DNA of 64,000 nucleotides from Leidyana gryllorum EB-2025a (lineage: Eukaryota > Protista > Apicomplexa), in the NCBI GenBank assembly GCA_048772705.1, contig JBLWGC010000201.1:39025-103024 (forward strand), in the 5' to 3' direction. A model generated the notes under the pieces. It searched no databases, was not told the origin of the DNA, and saw nothing but the letters and a program-made list of their open reading frames with translations. Both the position numbers and the translations under genes were made by a program. Position 1 is the stretch's first letter. Every line of letters starts with the position of its first letter. Of the stretch, positions 23,877 to 34,994 are shown piece after piece.

Positions 23877-24678
23877 GGAAAGAGCTAATCGGTCAATCAT
23901 ACAAATGCTCCGCTGCGCTTTAATGGGCTACGGAGGCACGTGGGTGGGACACTTGATGGCCACGGAAATGGCTTACAACGCAGCCCCACAAGCCTCAACT
24001 AAGTTCTCCCCACTCGAACTCGACACTGGCCGGATCACTTTTCTACCCAACAACCTCTTAGATCTTGCAGCACAGCGCAGTGTGACCGGCAAAGTGTACC
24101 TACAGAAACTGCAGGAAGCAGCAGATAGACTTAGGGAGGCTGCGAACAGGCAGAAGCGCTCCGCGGACAAACACAGGCTGAACAAGGAGTTCACAGTAGG
24201 AGAGCGCGTGCTGCTCTCCACGAATCGACTAGCCCACGTACCAACATCCAAGCTCACGTCTCCTTTCTGTGGCCCCTTCACCATTCTGCAGAGAACCAGC
24301 GACGACACGTACCTCCTCGACATACCCAGCTCCTGGGGGATCTACCCGAAGTTTCACACTAGCAGACTCGAACCGTACCACGAGAATACTGGCGACACTG
24401 AACCAATCACGATAGAAGAGGACGATGAAGGAGAGCAACCGATCGGACAGGTGAAAGAGGACGAGCAGTTATACATAATGCAGGAGATTGTGGGATGGCG
24501 CGAGACCGATAAGGGACTTGAATATAAGGTGAAATGGGTCGGATACCCCGACCAAACATGGGAACCAGCCAACAACGTCAACGAGGCCGATGGACAAGAC
24601 CTCATTGAGAACTTCATGAGAAAGTGGAACAAGCGCTTCCCCAAGAACCCATTCATCTTAGGAGGGGGAGGAGTGTAG
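23877..24678 (+). pseudogene. pol: Gy-C Pol 3' part (INT C-terminus, GPY/F, chromodomain)
   Basis: PFCGPF, YKVKWVGY.DQTWEP, ends GGGGV*. Confidence 0.92.
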
Positions 24679-24911
24679 ACAAGGACACTTTTAGTTTAGT
24701 TAGTCACTGACCAGCCGCAGCTGGATCAGCATCATTAGAGGGTGTCTCCGAGGCCGGTAGACCGGGCACACACGGAGACGCGCGATCTACAAACACAGAT
24801 TAGTCATTTCAAAGCTTACTAACGAACGTACCATGCCATTGGAGCTACGCAGCAGCCGGCGGCTTAGCCGTCAACCCGACGCCATGGCGACCTGTGGGAA
24901 CCGGGGTTACA
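24674..24911 (+). repeat. Gy-C 3' LTR
   Basis: Matches 7725-7962. Confidence 0.96.
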
Positions 24912-25817
24912 CGGCCCCACTGATCCCCGTTGGTACCCTCTGGTTCCTTGCGTCGCCAGTACTCGCCCTTCCGCTCTGCGTAGATCTCTCCTTTCTGTCA
25001 CTGTTGCATAAAGTAGCGCTCGTTCGCATATGTTTTCGAATGTGGTTCCTATGCAGGTGGCTAAAGCCAGCTGGTCTTTCTCCGGCAAGCCCTGGAAAAA
25101 TAGATTGATAGCAGAATTTTCCGACATCATCGGCAGTCCTCGCTTCAACTCCCTGCATTCCAACACGTAAGCTTGCATGTCCTGTCCTTTCCGCAGTTGG
25201 GTCCACTTTATTAGGTCGTCTTCGGCCTTATTCCGAGCCCCGAATTCTCGGAGGAAGCTCTGTCGGAAGTTAGACCATGATCCTTGGACCAGATCATCGG
25301 CCTTTGCCAGATACCACCTCGCTGGCCCCCCGTCCATCCCCGAACATGTGGCTCTGATCATTTCTTCCTCCTCCGTTACCCCAAAGGCTTTGAATCGGGC
25401 TTCACAGCCATCGAGCCAGTCCCTCGCATCCGTGGTCTTGTTGGCTGTGAACAGCGGCTGTCGTTTCAGTGCCTGCTGGGCTGCTTCGGATATGCCTCGG
25501 TGAGTGTTAAACGGTTTCTTTGTTTGTTTCCCTATTTCAGTTGGGCGGTTAGTCCCTGGGTTCTTAGTGATCTGTTCTTCCATAGTTTCCATCCGAAGCG
25601 CTAATCTTTCAATCACTGTCGTAAGTTTCTCCACATCTGTCCTGAGTCGTTCCTCTGTGCTGGTCTGTTCTGTAGCCTCTGTCTGAGGTTCGTTTGTCGC
25701 GTGCATCGTATCCTGTAATTCGCTCATAGGTCCGTCCTCTGGCTGCGCACTGCTACCAGTGTAGTGTTGCTCTAATGGTCTGTCTACGGTTCGTCCTGAT
25801 CTAAGTTCGGTCGGCAT
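24912..25817 (-). pseudogene. gag: Gy-A gag 5' part
   Basis: MPTELRSG...YTGSS...ARDWLDGCEARF, homologous to Gy-B Gag. Confidence 0.9.
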
Positions 25818-25972
25818 GCACAGTTCTGATCACTAAAAGGTAAGCCGGTTCAAAAGGGTAAGTCTATCTGTGTGTGTTCGTGTCTCCGTGCCGGCTGCCG
25901 GCCGGCCCCCCCGGAGACACAGACATGTTGTCCCCAGACTAGCTGCGGCTAGATGGGTACTGAAGCGCTACA
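25760..25972 (-). repeat. Gy-A 5' LTR (213 bp)
   Basis: TGTAG...CTACA followed by the PBS. Helitron-like host sequence resumes at 25973. Confidence 0.88.
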
Positions 25973-26034
25973 TGCTCTGGAACGATATGTACGAGTTCAA
26001 ACGACTTGTAGAGAAGTGTCATTTAAGTACCTAT

Positions 26035-27084
26035 CAAGTAGCAAAGAAGTGTGAAACAAGTGTCAAACAACTCGGAAACCAGTGTCAAACAAGCCTGGAA
26101 CATGTTGCAAACAAGTGTGAAACATGTCGCGAAGCAAGGGTCAAACAAGTTCGCAACAAGTTTTAAACATGTTGCAAACAAGTGGCAAACATGTGTCAAA
26201 GATGTCGCAAACATATCGCAAACGAGTGTGAAACAACTCGCAAACAAGTGTCAAACATGTATCAAACAAGTGTCAAGCATGTGGCAAACATGTGTCAAAC
26301 AAGTGAGAAGCATGTGTGTAACACGTGGCAAACAATTAGCAAACAAGTGTCAAAGATGTCGCAAACAAGTAACTAACAAGTGTGAAACAAGTGGCAAACA
26401 TGTGTCAAAGATGTCGCAAACATATCGCAAACATATCCTAAACGAGTGTCAAACAGGTGTGAAACATGTGGCAACAAACAAGTGGCAAACATGTGTGTCA
26501 CACGTGGCAAAAAAGTAGCAAAACAAGTGTCAAAGATGTCGCAAACAAGTGTCAAACGAGTGTCAAACAAGTGTGAAACATGTGGCAAACATGTAGGAAA
26601 CAAGTGGCAAACGTGTGTGTAACACGTGGCAAACAAGTAGCAAAACAAGTGTCAAAGATGTCGCAAACATGTCGCAAACATGTCGCAAACAAGTGTCAAA
26701 CGAGTGTCAAACAAGTGTGGAACATGTGGCAAAAAAGTGTTAAACATGTGGCGAACAAGTCTCAACGGAGTTTCAAACAAGTGTTAAACATGTGGCAAAG
26801 AACTGGCAAGCAAGTGTAAAGCATGTGTCAAACGAGTGTCAAACAAGTGTGGAACATGTGGCAAAAAAGTGTTAAACATGTGGCGAACAAGTCTCAACGG
26901 AGTTTCAAACAAGTGTTAAACATGTGGCAAAGAACTGGCAAGCAAGTGTAAAGCATGTGGCAAACAAGTTTCAAACGAGTGTCAAACAAGTGTGGAACAT
27001 GTGGGAAAAAAGTGTTAAACATGTGGTGAACAAGTCTCAACGGAGTTTCAAACAAGTGTTAAACATGTGGCAAAGAAGTGGCAA
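26035..27084. repeat. 11-bp satellite (CAAACAAGTGT / CAAACATGTGG variants) of H0, left part
   Basis: Visible 11-bp periodicity with higher-order blocks. Confidence 0.95.
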
Positions 27085-27211
27085 TGTAGTAGTGACAACG
27101 TCTCTGTGTCTCCGGTGCCGGCCGGCCCGGTCACGGAGACACAGAGACACGCAGATAGACACACGTGTGCAGATTGTTTTTTGTTGCTCGACGACTAACG
27201 GGACACTTACG

Positions 27212-28393
27212 ATGGATCTAAGAAACAGAAGCCTAGTGGCACCCTCGGCGCAGCAGAGTAGGCCAGATTACACTGGTAGCAGTGCGTATCAACATCGACC
27301 GGAGGAACTAAATACCCAACAGGAGAGCGAAAGTACGACTAGCGCGGCACAGCAACACCCTACAGCGTTGGAATCGGATTACGCGACGAAAGGACCAAGG
27401 GATCGCGCGGATCAAGGTGGCGGACTACTAGACCAATTGGAAACAGTATCAGAATCGGATTTTATCCGTATTGCGATCAGAATTGCAGCAGAGGCTCTAA
27501 GTGAACAAAGGCGGACCAACGGACCCTCGAAGCAGACGGGCGGAGAAGATGGCATGACCGATGAAACACGGGCGGAGCAGGCACTCAGGAAACACGATCC
27601 CTTCAGTGGCAAGGAGTTTGGCAAAGCCAGCGACTGGCTTGATGGTTGTTCTGCCAGATTCGTGGCGAGCGATATTCAAAAGGATCGAAGCAAGGTTCGA
27701 GCGGCATGCAGACTTTTAACGGGAGCGGCAGCCAGGTGGTTCCTAGCAAGACCCAGTATCTTAGACAGCACGTGGATAGAATTTCGCAACAAAATGATAA
27801 CCGCTTTCGATACCAATGAGTCACTGAACGACGACCTGACCAAACTTACGAAGCTGACGAAGTCAGGGAGTATGGAGACCTACGTGTCCGAATTCCGGAA
27901 TCTCACCAGAGAGATAGAAAGCTCAGTGGGGAAAACGGCTCTCAGCAATCTATTCTTCAGAGGACTGCCAGAAAAGGACCGGGTGGCCCTCATATCCTGT
28001 CTAGGAATGGAGCTGGACAGCATTTATGATCGAGCGCTTCAGTACGCATTACTCACACAGGCTCCAACCACGAGGCCAGAGTACTGCCTGGCAATTTCAC
28101 GACAGCCACCACGCGTGGGAGAAAAGTGTCCCTTCTCGCATGAGATTTGTACAAAGGAGAGGCGATGCTACAATTGTGGAAGTCAAGATCACATGGCATG
28201 GAAATGCCCGCTCAGCCGTAGTGATGGAGTCACGGCCAAAAGGCGAGCTGCACCGGATAGACATCATGCAACGAACCAGAAGGCACGCAGAGTCTTCACT
28301 GTCCAACACCGAGAGGATTTTACGGACTCCCAGGATCACGTGGCGAGTGGAATCCAAGGGGAAGGGAGCCAGGAACAACCGTGCCTACTGTGA
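27212..28393 (+). CDS. gag: Gy-E Gag
   Basis: ATG inside the LTR (MDLRNRS); CYNCGSQDHMAWKC. The extension of the ORF track into the satellite is fortuitous. Confidence 0.9.
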   Translation: MDLRNRSLVAPSAQQSRPDYTGSSAYQHRPEELNTQQESESTTSAAQQHPTALESDYATKGPRDRADQGGGLLDQLETVSESDFIRIAIRIAAEALSEQRRTNGPSKQTGGEDGMTDETRAEQALRKHDPFSGKEFGKASDWLDGCSARFVASDIQKDRSKVRAACRLLTGAAARWFLARPSILDSTWIEFRNKMITAFDTNESLNDDLTKLTKLTKSGSMETYVSEFRNLTREIESSVGKTALSNLFFRGLPEKDRVALISCLGMELDSIYDRALQYALLTQAPTTRPEYCLAISRQPPRVGEKCPFSHEICTKERRCYNCGSQDHMAWKCPLSRSDGVTAKRRAAPDRHHATNQKARRVFTVQHREDFTDSQDHVASGIQGEGSQEQPCLL

Positions 28394-31300
28394 CAACGCG
28401 GTGGGAGATAGCGAACCCAGAGCAAGATGAAACGCGAAGAGATGCCTGCGTATTGATCGATACGGGTGCAGATATGGCGTGCATTCAAGAGGAAATGCTA
28501 CACCAATTACGACTAAAAAGCCTGGAGGAGACTGTGACGTTGAGAGGCGTGGCGGGGGCGAACACTTACCCAACGACCAGAGTGCAAGTCATTACCCCGA
28601 AAGGGAGGTCCATGACCCTCAAAGCCGCGGTGGTGGGGGGCTTACCCTACGAATTGATCCTACCAACACAAGCCATCGAACGACTCCAGCTGTGCATAGC
28701 GGTAGGGGAGAATCAACGTATCTGCATCCTGGAAGGAGTGATGATCCCTCTCAATCTAGCGACAACCACTAATCAGTGGATGAGGAGTGATTTAAGGGAG
28801 GCATACGTAGCAACCAAGGCTTCGTCATTCGAACCCATAAAAGAGCCGATAGACATCCCAGTGCAGCATCTCCACATATTGACGGACAGACCCACGATAT
28901 TCGCAGAAACACCACCCATGCCGCCTATAAGGAAAGGGGTGGACCATCGAATTGAGTTGAAAGACCCAGCGGTCAGACCGTTTGTCCGACAACCGTACCG
29001 GATAGCGCAGCAGTTCATGGGCGAATTGCGACAGCAGATCACAACCCTCACAAAGCTGGGCAAAATAAGGCTAAGCTCATCCAGCTGGGCATCGCCCTGT
29101 CTTTTCGTGCCAAAGAAAGACACGGCGGTACCACGGCTTGTTTGTGACTATCGACGCCTCAACGAAGCATCGAGAAAGGTAGCATCCCCCATACCGTCAT
29201 TGGAAGACGCGTTGCAATGCCTAGCGGGCGCACAATGGTTTTCGACCCTAGATCTCAAGTCCGGATACCATCAGGTACGCATGGACCCCGACTCCGCTCA
29301 CTTGACAGCCTTCGCAACGCCATGGGGATTATACGAGTGGCTAGTGATGCCTAACGGCCTCACGAACGCACCAGCCACATTCATGGTGTTGATGAACGGT
29401 ATATTGGGAGATCTTATTGGACAGTCGGTATTTGTATACCTTGATGATGTACTGGTATACTCGAAGAGTGAAGCGGACCATGCAAGACATCTGACAACGG
29501 TGATAGAGCGATTGCATCAAGAACGATTGGTGATTCACACCCGCAAATCCCACTTCTTCAAACATGAAGTGCAATTCCTGGGTCACATTGTATCCAAGAC
29601 AGGGATTCGACCAATCAAAGAACGAACGGAGGCCCTGCGACAGATTGAATTTCCGAGGACGCTGAAAGAAATGCAGAGCGTCTTGGGGACGTTCAACTAC
29701 TATAGAAGATTCATTAGTCACTTCGCCGCCATAGCAACACCACTTTATGAAGCCACTCACGGCCTGAAAAAACCAGGAGACAAAATCGAGAGGACAGAGG
29801 CAAGGGTAGCAGCACTCGAAGGGCTCAAGACACAACTAATAAACGCCACACAACTCCATTTCCCAACTCCCGAGATAAAGGAATTAGTCATCGACGCAGA
29901 TGCGAGCCTCACAGCGATAGGTGCTGTATTACAAGAGAAGACCTCGGATGGCCTGAAACCGATAGAGTTCCTCTCCAAAACACTCACCTCAACACAGCAG
30001 CGCTATCCTACGCATGAGAGAGAACTCATGGCCATCGTCACGGCATGCCGACATTGGCGATATTTGTTGATCGGCAGGAAGACGCTTATCAGAACGGATC
30101 ACAAACCCTTAACCCACCTCCTTACCCAAAATCACTTGTCAGATAGACAGGTTCGGTGGCTCGCCACGTTAGCCGAACTCAACATCGAAATCCAATACAT
30201 AAAGGGTACTCAGAACGTGATAGCGGATCTCCTGAGTAGACCCCGCAAAAATTCCGAAAAGAAGGACGACACTTTAAGGGAATGCTTTCACGTGGAACAG
30301 CAACAAACCCTGACCGAAATAGCGAGCACGGAAGAGAGCAGCAGTGGGACCTCACTAGAGCACCAGATCAGGGAGGCATGGCGACAAAGACCCGAGGAAG
30401 CAGGCAAATTCGGAGAGGTCCAATGGATACGCGGAGTCCCGGTCACGCCAGAGGGCGTGATTGAGATACCCGCCGACGACCAATTGATCAAGCGGATCAT
30501 ACACGACAGCCACGACAGTGCACTGGCTGGTCATCTGGCGGCCGACAAGACGGTCGGCCGGGTGAGGGCGCTTTTTGCCTGGCGCGGCATGGGTGCCGAC
30601 GTCATCGAGTACTGCAGAACATGCGATGTGTGCCAGCGGGCAAAGAAGAGAAATCACCGACCCTATGGCCTTTTGCACCCAATATCTAACCCCACGCTCC
30701 CGTGGACGGAGGTGGGATTGGATTTCTTGGAACTGCCCCGCGATGCAGAGTCCAATCAAGATTACCTTATGGTGGTAACCGACCGCCTGACAAGACGAAT
30801 ACGACTCATACCATGCTGCAAAACCATCACATCAGAGGGAGCTGCTCAACTATTTCTGGAGAACGTGGCCAGAATACACGGACTACCACGGAAAGTGATT
30901 TCAGATCGGGACACACGGTTCACGGCTAAGTTTTGGCAGGCGTTAATGACTTCAGTGGGGGTGAATCTAGCCATGACAACCTCAAGACATCCACAGAGCA
31001 ATGGACTGACAGAGAGAGCGAATCGGTCCACGATACAGATACTCAGATGCGCACTCGCAGGGCACACGAGCCACTGGGCTCGCCACATAGCCAGCACTGA
31101 GATGGCTTACAACTCAGCAGTGCAGACATCCACAGGTATGACGCCGCTGGAACTGGACACGGGTAGGACAACGTTCATCCCGTCGAATCTACATGACATC
31201 TGTTCTCAACGATCAACGATGGGGAAGTTGTATATGCAGAAACTACAGGAGGCCTATGACCGATTGAAACAGGCGTCCGAACGACAGAAAGGAACGGCAG

Positions 31301-31782
31301 ATCGACGAAGACAAGAACAACAACTGGAAGAGAACCAACTAGTTCTGCTGAAAACGAAGGACCTCACCCACGTACCTAGCAACAAGCTGACACTGCCATT
31401 CTGCGGACCATTCCGCATCCTCAGAAAGACTAGCAACGAGACATACGTACTGGACCTACCGCAGTCCTGGGGACTGTTCCCCAAGTTCCACATCAGCCGA
31501 CTCGAACCATACAACGCACTACCAGAACCCATCACACCAGCCGACCCACTAACGAGTCCACCAGAACAACTCTATATCATGGAGTCGATAGTCGGATGGC
31601 GCCCGACACATGGGGGAATAGAATATCTCGTGAAGTGGGCGGGCTACACGGATAAGACTTGGGAATCAGCGACTACAGTGATGGAAGCAGAAGGCGCGGA
31701 CTTAGTGGAAGAGTTCAGAACCAAGTGGAATCAACAGAACCCCCGCAACCCTTTTCCTCAGGAAGGAGGGGGAGGAGTGTAG
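28315..31782 (+). CDS. pol: Gy-E Pol (PR-RT-RH-INT-chromodomain)
   Basis: LIDTGAD, YLDD, DADASLTAIG, QSNGLTER, PFCGPF, YLVKWAGY. Confidence 0.95.
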   Translation, partial: GFYGLPGSRGEWNPRGREPGTTVPTVTTRWEIANPEQDETRRDACVLIDTGADMACIQEEMLHQLRLKSLEETVTLRGVAGANTYPTTRVQVITPKGRSMTLKAAVVGGLPYELILPTQAIERLQLCIAVGENQRICILEGVMIPLNLATTTNQWMRSDLREAYVATKASSFEPIKEPIDIPVQHLHILTDRPTIFAETPPMPPIRKGVDHRIELKDPAVRPFVRQPYRIAQQFMGELRQQITTLTKLGKIRLSSSSWASPCLFVPKKDTAVPRLVCDYRRLNEASRKVASPIPSLEDALQCLAGAQWFSTLDLKSGYHQVRMDPDSAHLTAFATPWGLYEWLVMPNGLTNAPATFMVLMNGILGDLIGQSVFVYLDDVLVYSKSEADHARHLTTVIERLHQERLVIHTRKSHFFKHEVQFLGHIVSKTGIRPIKERTEALRQIEFPRTLKEMQSVLGTFNYYRRFISHFAAIATPLYEATHGLKKPGDKIERTEARVAALEGLKTQLINATQLHFPTPEIKELVIDADASLTAIGAVLQEKTSDGLKPIEFLSKTLTSTQQRYPTHERELMAIVTACRHWRYLLIGRKTLIRTDHKPLTHLLTQNHLSDRQVRWLATLAELNIEIQYIKGTQNVIADLLSRPRKNSEKKDDTLRECFHVEQQQTLTEIASTEESSSGTSLEHQIREAWRQRPEEAGKFGEVQWIRGVPVTPEGVIEIPADDQLIKRIIHDSHDSALAGHLAADKTVGRVRALFAWRGMGADVIEYCRTCDVCQRAKKRNHRPYGLLHPISNPTLPWTEVGLDFLELPRDAESNQDYLMVVTDRLTRRIRLIPCCKTITSEGAAQLFLENVARIHGLPRKVISDRDTRFTAKFWQALMTSVGVNLAMTTSRHPQSNGLTERANRSTIQILRCALAGHTSHWARHIASTEMAYNSAVQTSTGMTPLELDTGRTTFIPSNLHDICSQRSTMGKLYMQKLQEAYDRLKQASERQKGTADRRRQEQQLEENQLVLLKTKDLTHVPSNKLTLPFCGPFRILRKTSNETYVLDLPQSWGLFPKFHISRLEPYNALPEPITPADPLTSPPEQLYIMESIVGWRPTHGGIEYLVKWAGYTDKTWESATTVMEAEGADLVEEFRTKWNQQNPRNPFPQEGGGGV

Positions 31783-31965
31783 TAGTGACAACGTCTCTGT
31801 GTCTCCGGTGCCGGCCGGCCCGGTCACGGAGACACAGAGACACGCAGATAGACACACGTGTGCAGATTGTTTTTTGTTGCTCGACGACTAACGGGACACT
31901 TACGATGGATCTAAGAAACAGAAGCCTAGTGGCACCCTCGGCGCAGCAGAGTAGGCCAGATTACA

Positions 31966-33262
31966 GGCAAACACGTGTCAAACGAGAGTCAAACAAGTGT
32001 GAAATATGTGGCAGAAAAGTGTTTAACATGTGGCGAACAAGTCTCAACTGAGTGTCAAAGAAGTATGAAAGATGTGGCAAAGAAGTGGCAAGCAAGTGTA
32101 AAGCATGTAGCAAACAAGTGTCAAACGAGTGTCAAACAAGTAGCAAGCAAGTAGCAAACAAGTAGGAAACAGGTAGCAAACAAGTGTCAAACATGTATCA
32201 AACAAGTGTCAAGAATGTGGCAAACACGTGTCAAACAAGTGAGAAGCATGTGTGTAACACGTGGCAAACAATTAGCAAACAAGTGTCAAAGATGTCGCAA
32301 ACAAGTAACTAACAAGTGTGAAACAAGTGGCAAACATGTGTCAAAGATGTCGCAAACATATCGCAAACATATCCTAAACGAGTGTCAAACAGGTGTGAAA
32401 CATGTGGCAACAAACAAGTGGCAAACATGTGTGTCACACGTGGCAAAAAAGTAGCAAAACAAGTGTCAAAGATGTCGCAAACAAGTGTCAAACGAGTGTC
32501 AAACAAGTGTGAAACATGTGGCAAACATGTAGGAAACAAGTGGCAAACGTGTGTGTAACACGTGGCAAACAAGTAGCAAAACAAGTGTCAAAGATGTCGC
32601 AAAGATGTCGCAAACATGTCGCAAACATGTCGCAAACAAGTGTCAAACGAGTGTCAAACAAGTGTGGAACATGTGGCAAAAAAGTGTTAAACATGTGGCG
32701 AACAAGTCTCAACGGAGTTTCAAACAAGTGTTAAACATGTGGCAAAGAACTGACAAGCAAGTGTAAAGCATGTGGCAAACAAGTTTCAAAGAAGTATCAA
32801 ACAAGTTGTGGCAAAAAAGTGTTAAACATGTGGCGAACAAGTCTCAACGGAGTTCCAAACAAGTGTTAAACATGTGGCAAAGAACTGGCAAGCAAGTGTA
32901 AAGCATGCGGCAAACAAGTTTCAAACGAGTGTCAAACAAGTGTGGAACATGTGGGAAAAAAGTGTTAAACATGTGGTGAACAAGTCTCAACGGAGTTTCA
33001 AACAAGTGTTAAACATGTGGCGAAGAAGTGGCAAACACGTGTCAAACGAGTATCAAACAAGTGTGAAATATGTGGCAGAAAAGTGTTTAACATGTGGCGA
33101 ACAAGTCTCAACTGAGTGTCAACGAAGTATGAAAGATGTGGCAAAGAAGTGGCAAGCAAGTGTAAAGCAGGTGGCAAACAAGTTTCAAAGAAGTATCAAA
33201 CAAGTAGGAAGCAAGTAGGAAATAAGTGTGAAACAGGTAGCAAACAAGTGTCAAACATGTCG
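31966..33262. repeat. 11-bp satellite of H0, right part (includes an approximately 1-kb internal duplication of the array)
   Basis: Sequence from about 32180 repeats that from about 26245. Confidence 0.93.
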
Positions 33263-33389
33263 TGATTAGCCCAGGACACGGGTAGTAGTAGTAGGGGAGA
33301 CGGGAGACGCCGTCTCCCGATGTAGGACGGTATTTTTACAGAGCAGAGTACGTACGCGAGAGTGTATAAACGTAACCGCTGAACTAAGA

Positions 33390-33710
33390 ATGGCCCCCAA
33401 GGGTAAAAAGACCCCCGCTCCCAAGAAGTCCCCCGCGCCTGCCGCGCGGCGCCCCAATGCCCCGCGGATGACTTCGAACATCCGGGCCCAGGCTGCGCTT
33501 CTTGGGATCCACGGTTCTACACCGGTGGTTGCTCGGTCGTCGGCTGGAGAAGCCCCTCCAGCCGACAATTCCCCCCAGCCCGACCTTGAGCCAGCAAATC
33601 ACCCCGAATTCCTCGTAAAAAATCGGGACGACCAGCTCCTCCGATACAGCCTCTCCCTCGCGATACCGAGGCACGCGACACTCGCAGAGAGAGCTCACCC
33701 TCTACCATAG
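33390..33710 (+). CDS. Hypothetical 106-aa Lys/Pro-rich protein in the captured segment
   Basis: ATG-initiated ORF MAPKGKKTPAPKK; no recognised domain. Confidence 0.25.
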   Translation: MAPKGKKTPAPKKSPAPAARRPNAPRMTSNIRAQAALLGIHGSTPVVARSSAGEAPPADNSPQPDLEPANHPEFLVKNRDDQLLRYSLSLAIPRHATLAERAHPLP

Positions 33711-34994
33711 AGATATCTGGCACGCCTAACACTGGAAACCGTTTCCACCCGTTAGCCCGCCCTAAGTGGCAAAACCGCACGCGGGAAACCCCAATGATCA
33801 CGGGACCCGCGCCGAAAGCACGACCGAAAACCCGTGTGGTAAACACCCCACCGGGTAGGTTACCCCCGAGAGGACGTTCAGGACGAGAGCCATATAGGGG
33901 ATATAACCCCAGGAGGTCCGGACAGCCGCCGAGGACGTCGGCAAACCCCGACTAGTTTGCCTGTAACCTTTGGTTCGGCGTTTCGGTCGGCTTCGATGGC
34001 TGTTGTGACTGCTGTTTGCTTTTGGATTATGTGGTTTATGTGGTTGTTTATCGCTGCATTGTACTGTGTTTGCGTGTTTGCGACTGTTTAGCTTTCAATT
34101 CTCTACACGTTCCGGTTGCTGTAGCGTGCGCAAGTAAGGTCTGATGTGGTGTGTATTGTGCTAATAAAAGACTGTGACGATATAGCTGTGTTGCTTAGTA
34201 TGTTGACAGGTATCGTGCTTGTTATGTATTGATTGGTGAGACTATATGAGCTGGAGATGCATGATTGTATGAGTGTATGGCGTGTATTTTGGTAACTGTG
34301 CTGTGATGTGTAGTATGCTCAGTTTGCTAAAGTGAATATGGAGCAACTTGGAAGGTTATGTGTGAGTGATATTGGTTTAGATGGTTTGTCTGTTAGGGTG
34401 TGAGCTAGATATAGGGGGATCAATGAGATTCAGTTGAATTGAGAGTGTTGAGAAGAATGTCATGAGTCCAATGCGTATCGTGGATATTATTTATCGGAGT
34501 GAATGGGAATTTGTAAGAATATGGGGATGGAGTCAAGTTATGCATAGGATTTGAGTGTTGATTCGGACGACATGAATTTGGCTAATGATAGGTAGGTTAA
34601 TAGGAGTATATTGACAATTGTGATGTAGTTCAAGGTGTGGTAAGAGGGTGGTGGTCAGTTGTTTGCTATAAAACATTGAGAGAGTGTATATATGCTAAGA
34701 GTTATGAGTATTCGAATTGTTAGTGTACGAGCGGGATGATAAGGCTGATATGTAAGTTGAGTAATAGTGTGCGTGAAGAAGTATTGATGGGGTGTGGGGA
34801 GCGCCCTTGTCGCTTCGCTCGGGCGCTTCCCCGTACCCATTGTTTCTGTGAGATTTATTTATTGATGGAATAGTTAGCAAGCTATCGTGAATGTGATAAG
34901 TAGAACGGACCAATTGCATCAATCTTGCGTGCAATTGGGAACGATATGTACGAGTTCAAACGACTTGTAGAGAAGTGTCATTTAAGTACCTATC

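Larger units (their letters stand above)
7725..24911 (+). mobile_element. Gy-C: Ty3/Gypsy chromovirus-like element interrupted by the Gy-D block
   Basis: 238-bp LTRs 7725-7962 and 24674-24911, perfect TSD cggcc, PBS 7964, PPT 24661-24673. Confidence 0.96.
1..25972 (-). mobile_element. Gy-A: Ty3/Gypsy LTR retrotransposon (3' end outside window), split by insertions of Gy-B and Gy-C; own sequence = 25972-24912, 7724-6484, 1533-<1
   Basis: 5' LTR 25760-25972 (TGTAG...CTACA on minus), PBS 25748-25758, gag, GGATTTT, PR (LIDTGSD), RT. The reading frame rejoins across the Gy-B insertion as IFRDIIGEYVFVYLDD and across the Gy-C insertion as GSVGPQCKY. Confidence 0.93.
27085..31965 (+). mobile_element. 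Gy-E: intact full-length Ty3/Gypsy chromovirus-like element (4881 bp) inserted in the satellite
   Basis: 188-bp LTRs 27085-27272 and 31778-31965, TSD ggcaa, PBS 27274, PPT 31761-31777. Confidence 0.97.

Noticed and set aside
26924-27211. 489-aa satellite-Gag fusion protein
   Set aside because: A chance open frame from the satellite through the LTR with a non-ATG start; the family-consistent ATG is at 27212.
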